NCBI GenBank assembly: GCA_963665125.2
Contig: CAXXUK010000002.1
Coordinates: 1 to 64,000 of the forward strand
Direction: 5' to 3'
DNA from: an uncultured Desulfarculus sp.
GTDB taxonomy: Bacteria > Desulfobacterota > Desulfarculia > Desulfarculales > Desulfarculaceae
Length of the DNA: 64,000 bases
Within the stretch, counting starts at the first letter, position 1, and the number at the start of each line of letters is the position of its first letter. The notes beneath the pieces were generated by a model. That model ran no database searches, was not told the DNA's origin, and saw only the letters and a list, made by a program, of their open reading frames with translations. This document shows positions 9,642 to 20,429 of this stretch, one piece after another. A program made the translations under genes and the position numbers.

Positions 9642-10343
9642 TTAGCCGCCCAAGTGCGACGAACTCTTTTTGGCGGCGGCAAATTCCGTGAGCATCTCAA
9701 CCAGAGAATTGATCTTGAACTGCACTTCGTCTTCTAGATCAATGAATTGAATGCCCAGCATAAGCATCTTTCCGCCGTTGTCGGAACTGCGGACTATGCC
9801 CTTGATGCGCCGAGCCTTTTCACCCTCTCCCATTTTGATGCCTATGTCGATTTGCTGGCCATTTTCCAGGCGGAGTTTGTCGGGATTTTTTGCCCCGAAA
9901 CGGCAACCGGAAGGGCTTATATCAAGGACTGCGCCATTGAGGACGCTGCCGCCGACATCAATGGCCGCATTGAGATAACATTCAACTCGTTCCTCCCGCC
10001 GTAATTCTTGGCGGGAAACAATTGCCGGAAAAGATAAAAATACAAGCCTTACAGGTTTGTCTACGATGCCCAGAACGTGTGATTGAAAGGCGAATATGGC
10101 CCCGTTGTGCAGGTAACGCACCAGCACCATATTTCCCTCGAAAAACTTATTTTTAACGGCAGGCCCCCCCTTGGGCATATCGACGATGAGGTATTGATTG
10201 TCCACCATGCCCACCAAGTCGGTCTTGAGGAATCCCTCAATGGCATCAAGCTTGAGGAGCATGCGGTCGCCCAATTCGATTTCAAGTTTGGTAAGGCCGG
10301 CGTCTCCTTGTAATAGAGCGTCTAAATCGGACTGGGATGACAT
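9642..10343 (-). CDS. YcgR-like N-terminal domain + PilZ protein, tandem paralog
   Basis: RREER and DISPSG motifs; shares KFFEGNxVLVRYLHNGxIFAFQS with its neighbour. Confidence 0.85.
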   Translation of the reverse strand: MSSQSDLDALLQGDAGLTKLEIELGDRMLLKLDAIEGFLKTDLVGMVDNQYLIVDMPKGGPAVKNKFFEGNMVLVRYLHNGAIFAFQSHVLGIVDKPVRLVFLSFPAIVSRQELRREERVECYLNAAIDVGGSVLNGAVLDISPSGCRFGAKNPDKLRLENGQQIDIGIKMGEGEKARRIKGIVRSSDNGGKMLMLGIQFIDLEDEVQFKINSLVEMLTEFAAAKKSSSHLGG

Positions 10344-10483
10344 AGCACCGCCCGTATCCTTCCGATATGTAAAATTTTATGTTTGGGCAGGTTCCGAAAC
10401 ATCTTGGTCTTTTTAACATTCAATCAATGTTACTGACACGGTATTCGTGAAGCAACCAAAATCATATAAAATTCTATTGGTTG

Positions 10484-12454
10484 CTACCGGACCGTACTCC
10501 CCGGAGCCATGCCTTTGCCCGGATCGATAAGTTTCAGTTTGCCGTCGGGGCCGGTGGCGGCCAGACACATGCCGTGACTCTCGATGCCGCGAAGTTTGGC
10601 CGGTTTGAGATTGGCAACGACAACCACCTCTTTTCCGGGCAGTTCCGAAGCATCATAAGCCAAGGCGATGCCGGCGACAATGGAGCGAGGCGACTCCTCG
10701 CCCAGATCGACGCTCAGACGCATGAGCTTATCGGTGCCTTCGACCTTGGCCGCCTCAAGGATGCGGCCCACCTTCAGGTCTATGGCCGCGAATTCATCGA
10801 TGGTGATCTGCTCGGCCGGGCCGCTGGGCTTCTTGGATTTCTGTTTTTTGGGCTTGGGCTCTTGTTTGGCCTGGGCCTTTTCCTCGGCCTTTTCCTCGGC
10901 CTTTTTGGCCTTGGCCTGGACCCTGGCCGTGTCGACCCTGGGGAACAGGGCCGGCAGCGTGCCGATTTGACGCCCAGCCGGAACGAGCCCCAGAGCCCCC
11001 GCCTTTTCAAGGCCGATGGCCTGCACATCGCCCAGGCCCATGTGGTCGGCCATGGCCTGGGCCGTGCCGGGCATGACGGGCCAGACCATCACGGCGATAT
11101 CGGCCAGGGCCTGGACCAGGGTGTACATTACCCTGGCAAGCCGGGGGGCTTGGGCCTCGTCCTTGGCCAGAACCCACGGTTCATTGGCAACGACATACTT
11201 GTTCGAGGCGCTGATCAGTTCCCAAAGTTTGGCCAGGCCCTTGTGGAAGGCAAAGCCCTGGAAATCGTCGATCAAGGCTTGTTTGGCCTCGGCGCTAACA
11301 GCGGCCAGGTCCCCGTCGGCCTGTTGGGCCGGGCCCGGTTCGGGCAGGTTTCCGCCGTGGTACTTGTCGAGCATGTTCAACACACGGCTGAACAGGTTGC
11401 CCAGGTCGTTGGCCAGGTCGGCGTTGTAGCGATCCACCAGGGCCAGTTCGCTGAAGCTTGAATCCAGGCCGAATACCATTTCGCGCATCACGAAATAGCG
11501 GAAGGCGTCCACTCCGTAGACGTCGGCCAACTCCAGGGGCCGCACCACGTTGCCCAGGGACTTGCTCATCTTGGCGGCGTCGACGTTCCAATAGCCGTGG
11601 ACGTTGAGGTGCCGGTACAGCGGCAACTCCATGGACATGAGCATGGTGGGCCAGAACACGGCATGGGGCTTTAAAATGTCCTTGGCGATGAGGTGCTGGC
11701 CGGGCCAGAAGGTCTGATAGTCGGCGCCTTCGGGCCAGCCCAGGCCGCTGATATAGTTGATCAGGGCGTCGAACCAGACATAAGTGACGAATTTGCCGTC
11801 AAAGGGCATCTCGATGCCCCAGGTCAACCTGGTCTTGGGGCGGCTGATGCACAGGTCGTCCAGGGGCTCGGAGAGCATGCTCAGGATTTCGTTCCTGTAG
11901 CGCTCGGGCCGGATAAAATCAGGATTGGCCTTGATGTGGTCCACCAGGGCGGCCTGGTAGTTGCTCATGCGGAAAAAGTAGTTTTCTTCCTCGATATACT
12001 GGGGCTCGGTGCCGTGGTCCGGACATTTGCCGTCCACAAGCTCCTTGTCGGTCAAAAAGCGCTCACAGGCCACGCAGTAGTTTCCGCCGTACTTGGCGAA
12101 GTAGATGTCGCCCTTGTCATAAACCTTTTGCAGCAGGGCCTGGACCACCTTGATGTGGTTCGGGTCGGTGGTGCGGATAAAGTTGTCGTTGGAAATATTG
12201 AGGTGCGGCCAGGTGTCACGGAACATGCCGCTGATGCGGTCCACATACTCTTTGGGCTCCACGCCGTTTTTCGCGGCGGCCTCGACGATTTTGTCGCCGT
12301 GTTCGTCGGTGCCGGTCTGAAAGCGCACCTGCTGGCCCATAAGCCGGTGAAAACGCGAGGCCACGTCCGCAACGATGGTGGTGTAGGCGTGGCCTAAATG
12401 TGGTTCTGCGTTAACGTAATAAATTGGCGTGGTTATATAAAACGTGTCGTTCAT
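10484..12454 (-). CDS. metG: Methionine--tRNA ligase with C-terminal tRNA-binding domain
   Basis: YITTPIYYVN, HLGH, KMSKS, C-terminal OB-fold (VVVVANLKP). Confidence 0.97.
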   Translation of the reverse strand: MNDTFYITTPIYYVNAEPHLGHAYTTIVADVASRFHRLMGQQVRFQTGTDEHGDKIVEAAAKNGVEPKEYVDRISGMFRDTWPHLNISNDNFIRTTDPNHIKVVQALLQKVYDKGDIYFAKYGGNYCVACERFLTDKELVDGKCPDHGTEPQYIEEENYFFRMSNYQAALVDHIKANPDFIRPERYRNEILSMLSEPLDDLCISRPKTRLTWGIEMPFDGKFVTYVWFDALINYISGLGWPEGADYQTFWPGQHLIAKDILKPHAVFWPTMLMSMELPLYRHLNVHGYWNVDAAKMSKSLGNVVRPLELADVYGVDAFRYFVMREMVFGLDSSFSELALVDRYNADLANDLGNLFSRVLNMLDKYHGGNLPEPGPAQQADGDLAAVSAEAKQALIDDFQGFAFHKGLAKLWELISASNKYVVANEPWVLAKDEAQAPRLARVMYTLVQALADIAVMVWPVMPGTAQAMADHMGLGDVQAIGLEKAGALGLVPAGRQIGTLPALFPRVDTARVQAKAKKAEEKAEEKAQAKQEPKPKKQKSKKPSGPAEQITIDEFAAIDLKVGRILEAAKVEGTDKLMRLSVDLGEESPRSIVAGIALAYDASELPGKEVVVVANLKPAKLRGIESHGMCLAATGPDGKLKLIDPGKGMAPGSTVR

Positions 12455-13644
12455 TGTTTTGCCTGGTCCGGTTTTTTGGGTCCGCGGCGGCGACGGCGGC
12501 CGCGGCTGGTTTTTTTGCCACCGCCCTGTTCGGATGATTGGGCCTGTTTGGCCTGGGGCGAATCGCTTTTGTCCTTGGTTTTGGCGCTGTCTTTGTCCTG
12601 GGGCTTACCCGGGGGACGCTTGCGGCCCTTCCTGGGGCGGCGGGCCCTGGCATTGTCCTGTTTATCCAAGTCTTTCTCGCCGTCCTCAAGATCATCCATA
12701 TCCGGCTCGACGGCATCTTCGAGATCGTCGGGCTCATCCTCGTCGTCCGGCTGGTGCGTGTCCTCTGTTTGGGGTGGCCGCTCCGCCTGGGAATCCTGGC
12801 TGGGGGCCGGGGGGATGTTGCGTTGTGGTCTGGCCATCTCCTGGGCCAGCTCTTCCGGAGAAAAGGTCAGTTCTTCTCCGTCCTGCATATACAGGGTGAC
12901 CTTGCGCTCCAGAACGCTCTGCCGCACAACCTTGCCCTCGCTGCCGTCGGCCAGGACGATCTTCTTGCCCAGCTTGGGCATGCCCTGCTTGAGTTCGCGG
13001 TAGGTGTCGTATTCATAGGTCAGGCAGCACATAAGCCTGCCGCAGAGCCCGCTGATCTTGGTGGGGTTCAGCGAAAGGTTCTGCTCCTTGGCCATTTTTA
13101 CGCTGACCGGATCAAACTCGCCCAGGAACGTGGCGCAGCACAACTCCCGCCCGCACGAGCCGATGCCGCCCAGAAGCTTGGCTTCGTGACGCACGCCGAT
13201 CTGGCGCATCTCCACCCTGGTGCGGAAACGGGCCACCAGATCGCGCACCAATTCGCGGAAGTCCTGTCTGTTGTCGGCCGTGAAATAAAAGATGATTTTC
13301 GAGCGGTCGAACAGGCACTCCACCTTGCACAGGTTCATGGCCAGGCCCAAGGACTCGATGCGCTCACGGCAATAGAGCAGACCCTCGCGTTCGGTGGCCC
13401 GATTTTGGGCCAACTGCTCCAGGTCCTGTTCGTCGGCCAGGCGGTGGACCTTCTTGAGTGGCGGATGATCTTCGGGCTGGAGTTGGTCGGGCCAAACCCT
13501 GGGCCCCCGGGCGACCTCGCCCATAACCAGCCCAAGCTCTGTCTCAACCACAACGCGGTCACCGACCGATAAAACGAAGTTGCCGGAGTCAAAGTCATAT
13601 ATTTTGGCGCCCGGATGAAAGCGGACACCGACGATCTTGCCCAT
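12451..13644 (-). CDS. ricT: PSP1/RicT (YaaT) family protein with low-complexity C-terminal tail
   Basis: GGIGSCGRELCC and KISGLCGRLMCCL motifs; holB-ricT-metG synteny. Confidence 0.88.
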   Translation of the reverse strand: MGKIVGVRFHPGAKIYDFDSGNFVLSVGDRVVVETELGLVMGEVARGPRVWPDQLQPEDHPPLKKVHRLADEQDLEQLAQNRATEREGLLYCRERIESLGLAMNLCKVECLFDRSKIIFYFTADNRQDFRELVRDLVARFRTRVEMRQIGVRHEAKLLGGIGSCGRELCCATFLGEFDPVSVKMAKEQNLSLNPTKISGLCGRLMCCLTYEYDTYRELKQGMPKLGKKIVLADGSEGKVVRQSVLERKVTLYMQDGEELTFSPEELAQEMARPQRNIPPAPSQDSQAERPPQTEDTHQPDDEDEPDDLEDAVEPDMDDLEDGEKDLDKQDNARARRPRKGRKRPPGKPQDKDSAKTKDKSDSPQAKQAQSSEQGGGKKTSRGRRRRRGPKKPDQAKQ

Positions 13645-13764
13645 CTATATTTCTCTTTCAGCGCGGCATTGGAGGCCGCCCATGGGGCATTTTGATTAAG
13701 TAGAGCCGCCATTTGGCGGTATTAGCCTAAGTGGCGGACATTATAGCACAAGAAAAATCATACA

Positions 13765-14790
13765 CTATGCCGCCAAATTGCGCAGGTCTCCCAAAAGCAC
13801 GGTCAGGGCCAACTCCGGGCTGGCGTTGCCCAGGATCTCGGCCTGGGCCCGGCGCACCCTTGAAAAGGCCTCCGAGGCCCGGCCGGGCGGCATGGGCCGT
13901 ATTTGGCCTGGCAGCCAGATCATGTCCGGTTTGCCCGCGGCGGCAACGGCCCTGTCCCTAAACAGCAGACACAACAGATCGAGGCTCTCGGCCAAGGCCT
14001 GGCGGTCGATACGCTGGGGCCCCCGGAACGAGCCCACCATGTCCTCGGCAAAGGACCAGTCGGCCAGGGTGTCGGCCCGGCGGGACAAAACATCGCTGAG
14101 GGACCGCAGCCGGTTTTGCATCTGGTCCTGATCCAGCTCCAGGGCCCGGCCCAGTGAGCCGCCGCTGAGGGCGGCCTTGAGGCGGGCGGCCTGGGTCTCC
14201 ACGCCTCGGCGCTCTAATTCCTCGGCCACGATGTCTTCGCCCAGGGGCGAGAAACCGACCTTGCGGCAGCGGCTGGCTATGGTCGGCAGCAGTTCCTTGG
14301 GATCCTGAACCGTCAGCACGATGATATTGTTGGGCGGCGGTTCTTCCAGAGTCTTCAACAAGGCGTTGGCCGAGGTCTGGTTCATCTGTTGGGCCTCGCG
14401 GATCAGCACCATCCGGAAGCCTCCGCCCAAGGGCGCGAAGTTCAGCGAGCGGATGACCTCGCGCACGGACTCGACCTTGATCTGGGCCGAGGCCGCGTCG
14501 CTGGGCGGCTCCACCACCATGAGGTCTTCATGCTGCCAGGCCAGGGCCCGGCGGCAGTCGCCGCATTGGCCGCAAGGCTCGTCACCGGCGGATGATGATT
14601 TGCCGAACAGGCCCGGCCCGCTATCGGCCCCCTTGCAGTTGAGGGCCATGAACAGGCTTTGGGCCGCGGTGCCCCGGCCCACGCCCCTGGGGCCCACGAA
14701 CATGTAGGCGTGCGCCGTCTTTCCGGCGGCGATTTCGGCCTCGAGCTGGGCCTTGGCCCGCTCCTGGCCCAACAGCCCCTTAAGACGCAC
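13765..14790 (-). CDS. holB: DNA polymerase III delta-prime subunit
   Basis: AHAYMFVGPRGVG, zinc module CGQCGDC, ANALLKTLEEPP, LPTIASRC. Confidence 0.92.
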   Translation of the reverse strand: MRLKGLLGQERAKAQLEAEIAAGKTAHAYMFVGPRGVGRGTAAQSLFMALNCKGADSGPGLFGKSSSAGDEPCGQCGDCRRALAWQHEDLMVVEPPSDAASAQIKVESVREVIRSLNFAPLGGGFRMVLIREAQQMNQTSANALLKTLEEPPPNNIIVLTVQDPKELLPTIASRCRKVGFSPLGEDIVAEELERRGVETQAARLKAALSGGSLGRALELDQDQMQNRLRSLSDVLSRRADTLADWSFAEDMVGSFRGPQRIDRQALAESLDLLCLLFRDRAVAAAGKPDMIWLPGQIRPMPPGRASEAFSRVRRAQAEILGNASPELALTVLLGDLRNLAA

Positions 14791-15451
14791 AGGACTTCCA
14801 TTCCTTGATCAGCGGTTCGACATAAGACCATATCTCGTCGGCCACCACGTCCTGGTCCTTAGATGCGTCAACCACCTTGATGCGGCCCGGCTCGGCCTCG
14901 GCCTGCTCCAGGAAACCCTTACGCAGGGCCTGGTGAAATTCCTTTTTTTCCCGCTCCATGCGGTCAAGGCCCAGGCCCAGTTCTTCTTGGCGCTGGGATG
15001 CCCGGCTGAGGCCCTTGGCCGGGTCGAGGTCCAGGACAATGGTCAAATCGGGCCAAAAACCGTTGCAGACCCACTGATTCAGACGGCGGACCTTTTCCAG
15101 GCCCAGCCCCCTGGCCCGGCCCTGGTAGACCTCGCTGGAGTCGGCAAAGCGGTCGCTGATGACGACCTCGCCGCGCTCCAGGGCCGGAGCTATCTTGGAT
15201 TTCACATGGTGGCTGCGGTCGGCCATGAACATGAGTAGCTCGGTGTCGGGGTCCATGTCGTCCCCGGCGGTGACCATGGCCCGCAGCTGTTGACCCAAGC
15301 TGGTGCCGCCGGGCTCCCTGGTGATCATCACCTTGAGGCCCAGGCCCCTGATCCTGCGGCCCAGCATCTTGGCCTGGGTGGATTTGCCGGAGCCTTCGCC
15401 GCCCTCAAGGGTGACGAACGGCGGGCGGAATTTTGGGCAGGCGTCGGCCAT
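14780..15451 (-). CDS. tmk: Thymidylate kinase
   Basis: LEGGEGSGKST, TREPGGT, DRF. Confidence 0.95.
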   Translation of the reverse strand: MADACPKFRPPFVTLEGGEGSGKSTQAKMLGRRIRGLGLKVMITREPGGTSLGQQLRAMVTAGDDMDPDTELLMFMADRSHHVKSKIAPALERGEVVISDRFADSSEVYQGRARGLGLEKVRRLNQWVCNGFWPDLTIVLDLDPAKGLSRASQRQEELGLGLDRMEREKKEFHQALRKGFLEQAEAEPGRIKVVDASKDQDVVADEIWSYVEPLIKEWKSCAS

Positions 15452-15467
15452 TTATCGATGCACCCCT

Positions 15468-16481
15468 CTAGTCGAACAACCCCGGCGGGCCCGGCTGGGG
15501 CTCGTCTTGGGGTTGGCTGGTTTTGGCGGCGGGCTGGTCCCACACCGGAGGTCCGGCATAGACCACCCGCTCCAGAAGCCGGTGGAATTTGCTCCAGTTT
15601 CCCTCGCCGTCGACCTCTCCGGCCGCCTGGCCGATCATGGCTAGCTTGGCGTCCAGGTCGTCGACCATGTTCAGGGCGAAGGCCTCGGCGGTCATGGGTT
15701 TGACCGGGCTGCCGAACTCCAGAGCCCCGTGGTGGCTCAGGATCAAATGCCGCAGCATTTCCGTGGCGGCCAGGGGCATGTCCTTGATCTTGGCCAGGCG
15801 CTCATCGAGCATGCGCACGCCGATGACGATATGACCCTCCAGGCGACCCGCGTCGGTAAAGTCCATGGGCGGGCCCAGTGTCAGTTCTTTTGTCTTGCCG
15901 ATATCGTGAAGAAGGGCTCCGGTGATCAGCAGATCGGCGTCCATATCTGGGTATTGCCCGGCTATGGCCGAGGCCAGAGAGGCCACGCTGGCGGTATGCT
16001 CCAACAGGCCGTGGACATAGGCGTGGTGCGCGGCCTTGGCCGCCGGCGCCTGGCCGAACTCTTCCCGGAAGGCCGGATCGTCAAAAAAGGCCTTGAGGAG
16101 CTTTTTAAGGAACTTGTTTTTGACCTTGGCCCTGGCCTGGTCGATGAGTTTCCACAGCTCGGCCGGGTCCTTGGGGCTTGCCGGCAGAAAATCTCCTGGC
16201 GCTGCCGAATCATCGACGGCGATATGGTCCAAGACAAGCTGGGCCCGTCCCTGGTAGGAATCCACCCGGCCCGAGACGCGCACAACCTGCCCTGCCTGCA
16301 ACGGCCTCAGCAGATCGTCGGCGTTGTCCCAAAGCTTGGCCTCCACTTGGCCGCTACGGTCGCCCAGAGTCAGCGCGCCATAGGCCTTGCCGTTGCGGGC
16401 GGTGTTGATCTGCGACTTGATCAGCAGATAGCTTTCCGCTATTTGATCGCCCTGATTGAGTTCGGCAATGGCCACACTCAT
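15468..16481 (-). CDS. yhaM: YhaM/Cbf-family 3'-5' exoribonuclease (OB + HD)
   Basis: OB fold; HHAY...GLLEH, LLHDIGK, ILSHHG, EFGSP. Confidence 0.88.
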   Translation of the reverse strand: MSVAIAELNQGDQIAESYLLIKSQINTARNGKAYGALTLGDRSGQVEAKLWDNADDLLRPLQAGQVVRVSGRVDSYQGRAQLVLDHIAVDDSAAPGDFLPASPKDPAELWKLIDQARAKVKNKFLKKLLKAFFDDPAFREEFGQAPAAKAAHHAYVHGLLEHTASVASLASAIAGQYPDMDADLLITGALLHDIGKTKELTLGPPMDFTDAGRLEGHIVIGVRMLDERLAKIKDMPLAATEMLRHLILSHHGALEFGSPVKPMTAEAFALNMVDDLDAKLAMIGQAAGEVDGEGNWSKFHRLLERVVYAGPPVWDQPAAKTSQPQDEPQPGPPGLFD

Positions 16482-17311
16482 AGGGCCTCCCTGGCGGCGG
16501 CAACGGCATTGCGGAAGATCTTCAGGCCCGGACCTTCGTCCTGGGGCCCCAGCTCCCGGCCCTCACGGCGGGCCCGCTCCCGGATGGCCGTCCAGGTGGG
16601 GTGCTGGCTCAAGCGGTAATAGGCCTCGGGGTGGGGCATCAAACCGAAAACCCGGCCCGTGGGGTCGCAGATTCCGGCGATGTCGTTCATGGAGCCGTTG
16701 GGGTTGTGGGGCCACTTGCCCCCGGCAATCTTGCCCTTGCCGTTGCCGTAGCGCACGGCCGCCAGGCCCAGGCCTTCAATCTCGGCCAAAGTATCGTCAT
16801 CGGCGACGAGTTTGCCCTCGCCGTGGCGGATGGGAACCTCCAGGCGCTCCAAGCCCTTGGTAAACACGCAGGGGCTCTCGGGGTTGATCAACAGCTCCAC
16901 CCAGCGGTCCTGGAAATTGCCGCAGTCGTTGGCGGCCAGGGCCACCTTGCGGTTCCAGGTGCCGCCCAGCATGGGCAGCAGGCCGAAGTTGACCAGGGCC
17001 TGGAAGCCGTTGCAGATGCCCAGCACCAGGCCGCCGCGCTCCAGGAAGCGTTGCATCTGGTCGCCCATGTGGTTTTTCAGGCGCGTGGAGAGGATCACTC
17101 CCGCGCCGTGGTCGTCGCCCCAGGCGAAGCCGCCGTCAAAGACCACGATATTGTAATCGTCCAGGCTCCGGCTGGGGGCGATGCCCGGCGCGCCGGTGAG
17201 GTCGCTGATATGCACCCGTTGGGCCTCGGCCCCGGCCAGGCGCAGCACATGGGCCGTTTCAAAGTCGCAGTTCAGGCCGAAGCCCGTCAGTACCAGTGCC
17301 CGCACGCTCAT
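16478..17311 (-). CDS. purQ: FGAM synthase glutaminase subunit PurQ
   Basis: GGFAWGD, GICNGFQ, NPNGS, GLMPHPE; start MSVRALV overlaps the purL stop (ATGA). Confidence 0.93.
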   Translation of the reverse strand: MSVRALVLTGFGLNCDFETAHVLRLAGAEAQRVHISDLTGAPGIAPSRSLDDYNIVVFDGGFAWGDDHGAGVILSTRLKNHMGDQMQRFLERGGLVLGICNGFQALVNFGLLPMLGGTWNRKVALAANDCGNFQDRWVELLINPESPCVFTKGLERLEVPIRHGEGKLVADDDTLAEIEGLGLAAVRYGNGKGKIAGGKWPHNPNGSMNDIAGICDPTGRVFGLMPHPEAYYRLSQHPTWTAIRERARREGRELGPQDEGPGLKIFRNAVAAAREAL

Positions 17312-20300
17312 ACCAGACCCCCGAAACGCCGCGTGAATGACTTGGTCATGCGGTTTGCTCCCAGGCGGAGTATTTCCTTTCCGCCGCTGTTGATCACCAG
17401 ATCCTCGCCCGCCTGGACCAGGCCGATGCAGGCCGCCGGTATATCGCCCAGCAGGGCCCGCAGCTCGGCAGAGCGGGCCGGGTCGACGGTGACGATGAAG
17501 CGGCCGCAGGATTCGCTGTATAGTTTTTGCAGGGCCGAAAGCCCGTCGACCGCGGCCAGGCCGTCCAGGTCCACGTTCAGGCCCAGGCCACCGGCCATGG
17601 CCATGCGGGCCAAGCCGTAGGCCAGGCCGCCCCGGCCCGCCACGCACACCGAGGCCATCAGGCCCTTTTGCAGGGCCCGGCTCACGGCCAGGCAAAGTTT
17701 TTTAGTGGCTCCCAGGTCGGTCTTGGGCGCGTTCAGGCCCACATAGCCCAGGTGGTTGTAAAGGGCGCCGCCGCCCAGTTCGTCTTTGGTCAGGCCCAGG
17801 ACCCAGATTTCATCGCCCGCCACCTTGGGCTCCAGGCTTTGGCAGGCGGCCAGATCGTGCACCGGCGCGGTGGCCGTGAACATCATCGTCGGCGGGCCGG
17901 AGATGCGCCGCCGGAGGCCGTTTTCATCGGGGATCATGCCGTCGACGTACATGGAGTCCTTGCCCGAGAGCAGCGGGATGCCCGCGGTCAGGCAGCCGTC
18001 CCGCAGGGCCCAGCAGGCCCGCACCAGCTGGGCGGCCTTGTATTTGCCGTCCGGGTTGGTCTTGGCGTCGTATTGGATCGACGGCCAGCAGAAATTGTCC
18101 ATGCCGCCGATCTGCTCCGGGTCGCCGCCCACGGCCGTGATCCGGCGCAGGCCTTCGTCCATCTCGGCGGCCACCATGGCGTAGGTGTCGATGTCGCCGT
18201 ATTCGATCAAAAAGACCTGGGTCATGGCCAGGCCCGCGCCCCGCTCCAACAGCGGCTGCAACACCGCCGCCTCGGAGGGCACGATCTGGCCCGCCCCGGC
18301 AAAGGGCTTGATCACGCTGGCCCCTTGGACCTCGTGGTCAAACTGGCGGTTGATCCACTCCCGGCTGCACAGGTTGGGGCTGTCCAAAAGCTCCAAGAGC
18401 AGGCCCGCGTGGTCGGTGGGCTCGGAGAGCACCGGCTCGCACAGGCCGCGCAGGGCCGGGGGCAGCCACTGGGCCTCGAACTGCCACTGGGGGAAACCGC
18501 TTTCCAGGAAGTCGACGTCCACGTAACAGCAGGTCTCGTCGTTATAGCTAAGCCGCAGCATGCCGCTGTCGGTGTAGCGGCCGATGACCGTGGATTCCAC
18601 GCCGTGCTTGGCCGAAAGCTCCATGAACCGGGCCTCGTCTTGGGGGGCGATGGCCACGGTCATGCGCTCCTGGGATTCGCTGACCCAGATCTGCCAGGGG
18701 TCCAGGCCGTCATATTTCAGGGGCACCTTGGCCAGGTCCACGTCGGCGCCCCGGCTGGAGCGGGCGCTTTCGCCCACGCTGGAGGACAGGCCGCCGCCGC
18801 CGTTGTCGGTGATGAAGCGTATCAGGCCCTCGTCCCGGGCCTCCAGCAAAAAGTCGTGCATCTTCTTCTGGGTGTAGGGGTCGCCGATCTGCACGTGCCC
18901 GGCCGGGGTGGAGTCGCTGAATCCGGCGCTGGATGCCGTGACGCCGTGGATGCCGTCGGCGCCCACCCGGCCGCCGCACATGATCACAAGCTCACCGGCG
19001 TGGGTTTCCTTGAGATGGCTGGGCTTGCCGCCCACATCGGCGGGCATCACGCCCACGGCCGAGACGAATACCAGGCATTTGCCCAAATAGCGCGGATCAA
19101 AAATCAGCGAGCCCAGGGCCGTGGGGATTCCGCTCTTGTTGCCGCCGTCGCGCACGCCCTCGACGAGCCCGTCCAGCAGGCGGCGGGGGTGCAGTAGGGG
19201 CTTGAGTTCGCCGTCATAGTCCCTGGGGCCCACGCAGAAGCCCCACATGCCCGCGCAGAGCTTGGAGCCCAGGCCGGTGCCCATGGGGTCGCGGTACACG
19301 CCGACGATGCCGGTGATGGACCCGCCGTAGGCCTCCATGTTGCTGGGGCTGTTGTGGGTCTCGCCGGTGACGGCGTAGTTGAATGCATCGTCGAGCTTGG
19401 CCACCCCGGCGTTGTCCCACAAGACGCTGACCACCCAGTCCTTTTGGGAGGCCAACTCCTCGGTGGGGGCCTTGATGCATTCCTTGAACAGATTTTTTAT
19501 TTCCATCTTCTGGCCGGTGGCCAGGTCGACGTAGCTGTAGCGCCCGCCGAATGTGTTGTGGTTGCAATGGTCGCTTCTAGCCTGGCTGACGTATTCCAGC
19601 TCCACGTCCGTGGGCCCGGCCAAGCCCATCTCAGCGCGTTTTTTGCGCACGTCCGGGTTGTCGAAATAAGCCCGGATCACCGGAATGTCGGCGGCGTTCA
19701 AGAACAGGCTGCGCTGGTCGGACAGCTCCATCAGCTCGGCGTCGGAGCGCACCTCGATGCGCTCGATGACCGGCTCGTGGTGCAGTGCCACCTTGGGGAT
19801 GATGATGCCGATGCCCTCGTTTTGGTCCCACTCGCCGGCCGGGATGAAGCGCCAGCGCTGGATGATGGGGTTGGCCAGCAGCTCGGCGCAGAGGGCCTCG
19901 GCGCCCTCGGCGTTCAGGCGCGGGGCCTTGAGCAGATATAACCGGCTGGAATAGACGGCCTCGTCCGGGCCGAATTCGCGGCCCAGGGCGTCGGTCATGG
20001 CCTCGATGGCCGTGGCGCCCTCGTTGTCGCGCACGCCGGGCTTGAAACCCACCCACAGGGCCCAGTCAAAGCCGGGCAGCACCTGGGCGGCCAGGGGGCC
20101 GAAGGAACCCAGCTCGGTGACCGGGTTGGTGAAAATCTTGGAGGCGGCCAGGTCCAGCTGGGCCTGATCCAGGGCGGTGTCAAAGGTCAAGACCCGCAGC
20201 ACCCTGGCCTCTTCGATGGCGATCTTGAAATAATTCTTGGCCCGCTGGCGCAATCCATTGCCCTGAGGATCGGGCAACTGGGGCCGGAGGCCTATTTCCA

Positions 20301-20313
20301 GGCGGCTTGCCAT
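17308..20313 (-). CDS. purL: FGAM synthase PurL with PurS-like N-terminus
   Basis: SDHCNH, ETHNSPS, VQIGDP, DNGGGG, SESQERM, SGKDSM; start taken at MASRLEIG. Confidence 0.93.
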   Translation of the reverse strand: MASRLEIGLRPQLPDPQGNGLRQRAKNYFKIAIEEARVLRVLTFDTALDQAQLDLAASKIFTNPVTELGSFGPLAAQVLPGFDWALWVGFKPGVRDNEGATAIEAMTDALGREFGPDEAVYSSRLYLLKAPRLNAEGAEALCAELLANPIIQRWRFIPAGEWDQNEGIGIIIPKVALHHEPVIERIEVRSDAELMELSDQRSLFLNAADIPVIRAYFDNPDVRKKRAEMGLAGPTDVELEYVSQARSDHCNHNTFGGRYSYVDLATGQKMEIKNLFKECIKAPTEELASQKDWVVSVLWDNAGVAKLDDAFNYAVTGETHNSPSNMEAYGGSITGIVGVYRDPMGTGLGSKLCAGMWGFCVGPRDYDGELKPLLHPRRLLDGLVEGVRDGGNKSGIPTALGSLIFDPRYLGKCLVFVSAVGVMPADVGGKPSHLKETHAGELVIMCGGRVGADGIHGVTASSAGFSDSTPAGHVQIGDPYTQKKMHDFLLEARDEGLIRFITDNGGGGLSSSVGESARSSRGADVDLAKVPLKYDGLDPWQIWVSESQERMTVAIAPQDEARFMELSAKHGVESTVIGRYTDSGMLRLSYNDETCCYVDVDFLESGFPQWQFEAQWLPPALRGLCEPVLSEPTDHAGLLLELLDSPNLCSREWINRQFDHEVQGASVIKPFAGAGQIVPSEAAVLQPLLERGAGLAMTQVFLIEYGDIDTYAMVAAEMDEGLRRITAVGGDPEQIGGMDNFCWPSIQYDAKTNPDGKYKAAQLVRACWALRDGCLTAGIPLLSGKDSMYVDGMIPDENGLRRRISGPPTMMFTATAPVHDLAACQSLEPKVAGDEIWVLGLTKDELGGGALYNHLGYVGLNAPKTDLGATKKLCLAVSRALQKGLMASVCVAGRGGLAYGLARMAMAGGLGLNVDLDGLAAVDGLSALQKLYSESCGRFIVTVDPARSAELRALLGDIPAACIGLVQAGEDLVINSGGKEILRLGANRMTKSFTRRFGGLV

Positions 20314-20429
20314 TTGTGTCGGCTCCGTTTGATCAAAAAGAAGTATTGATATTATCAAGCATAAACGTCTGTTGAAAGCAACAAAGCCATGTTTTTTGCT
20401 CTAAATTGGCGCTCCGGGCCATTGAGGCC

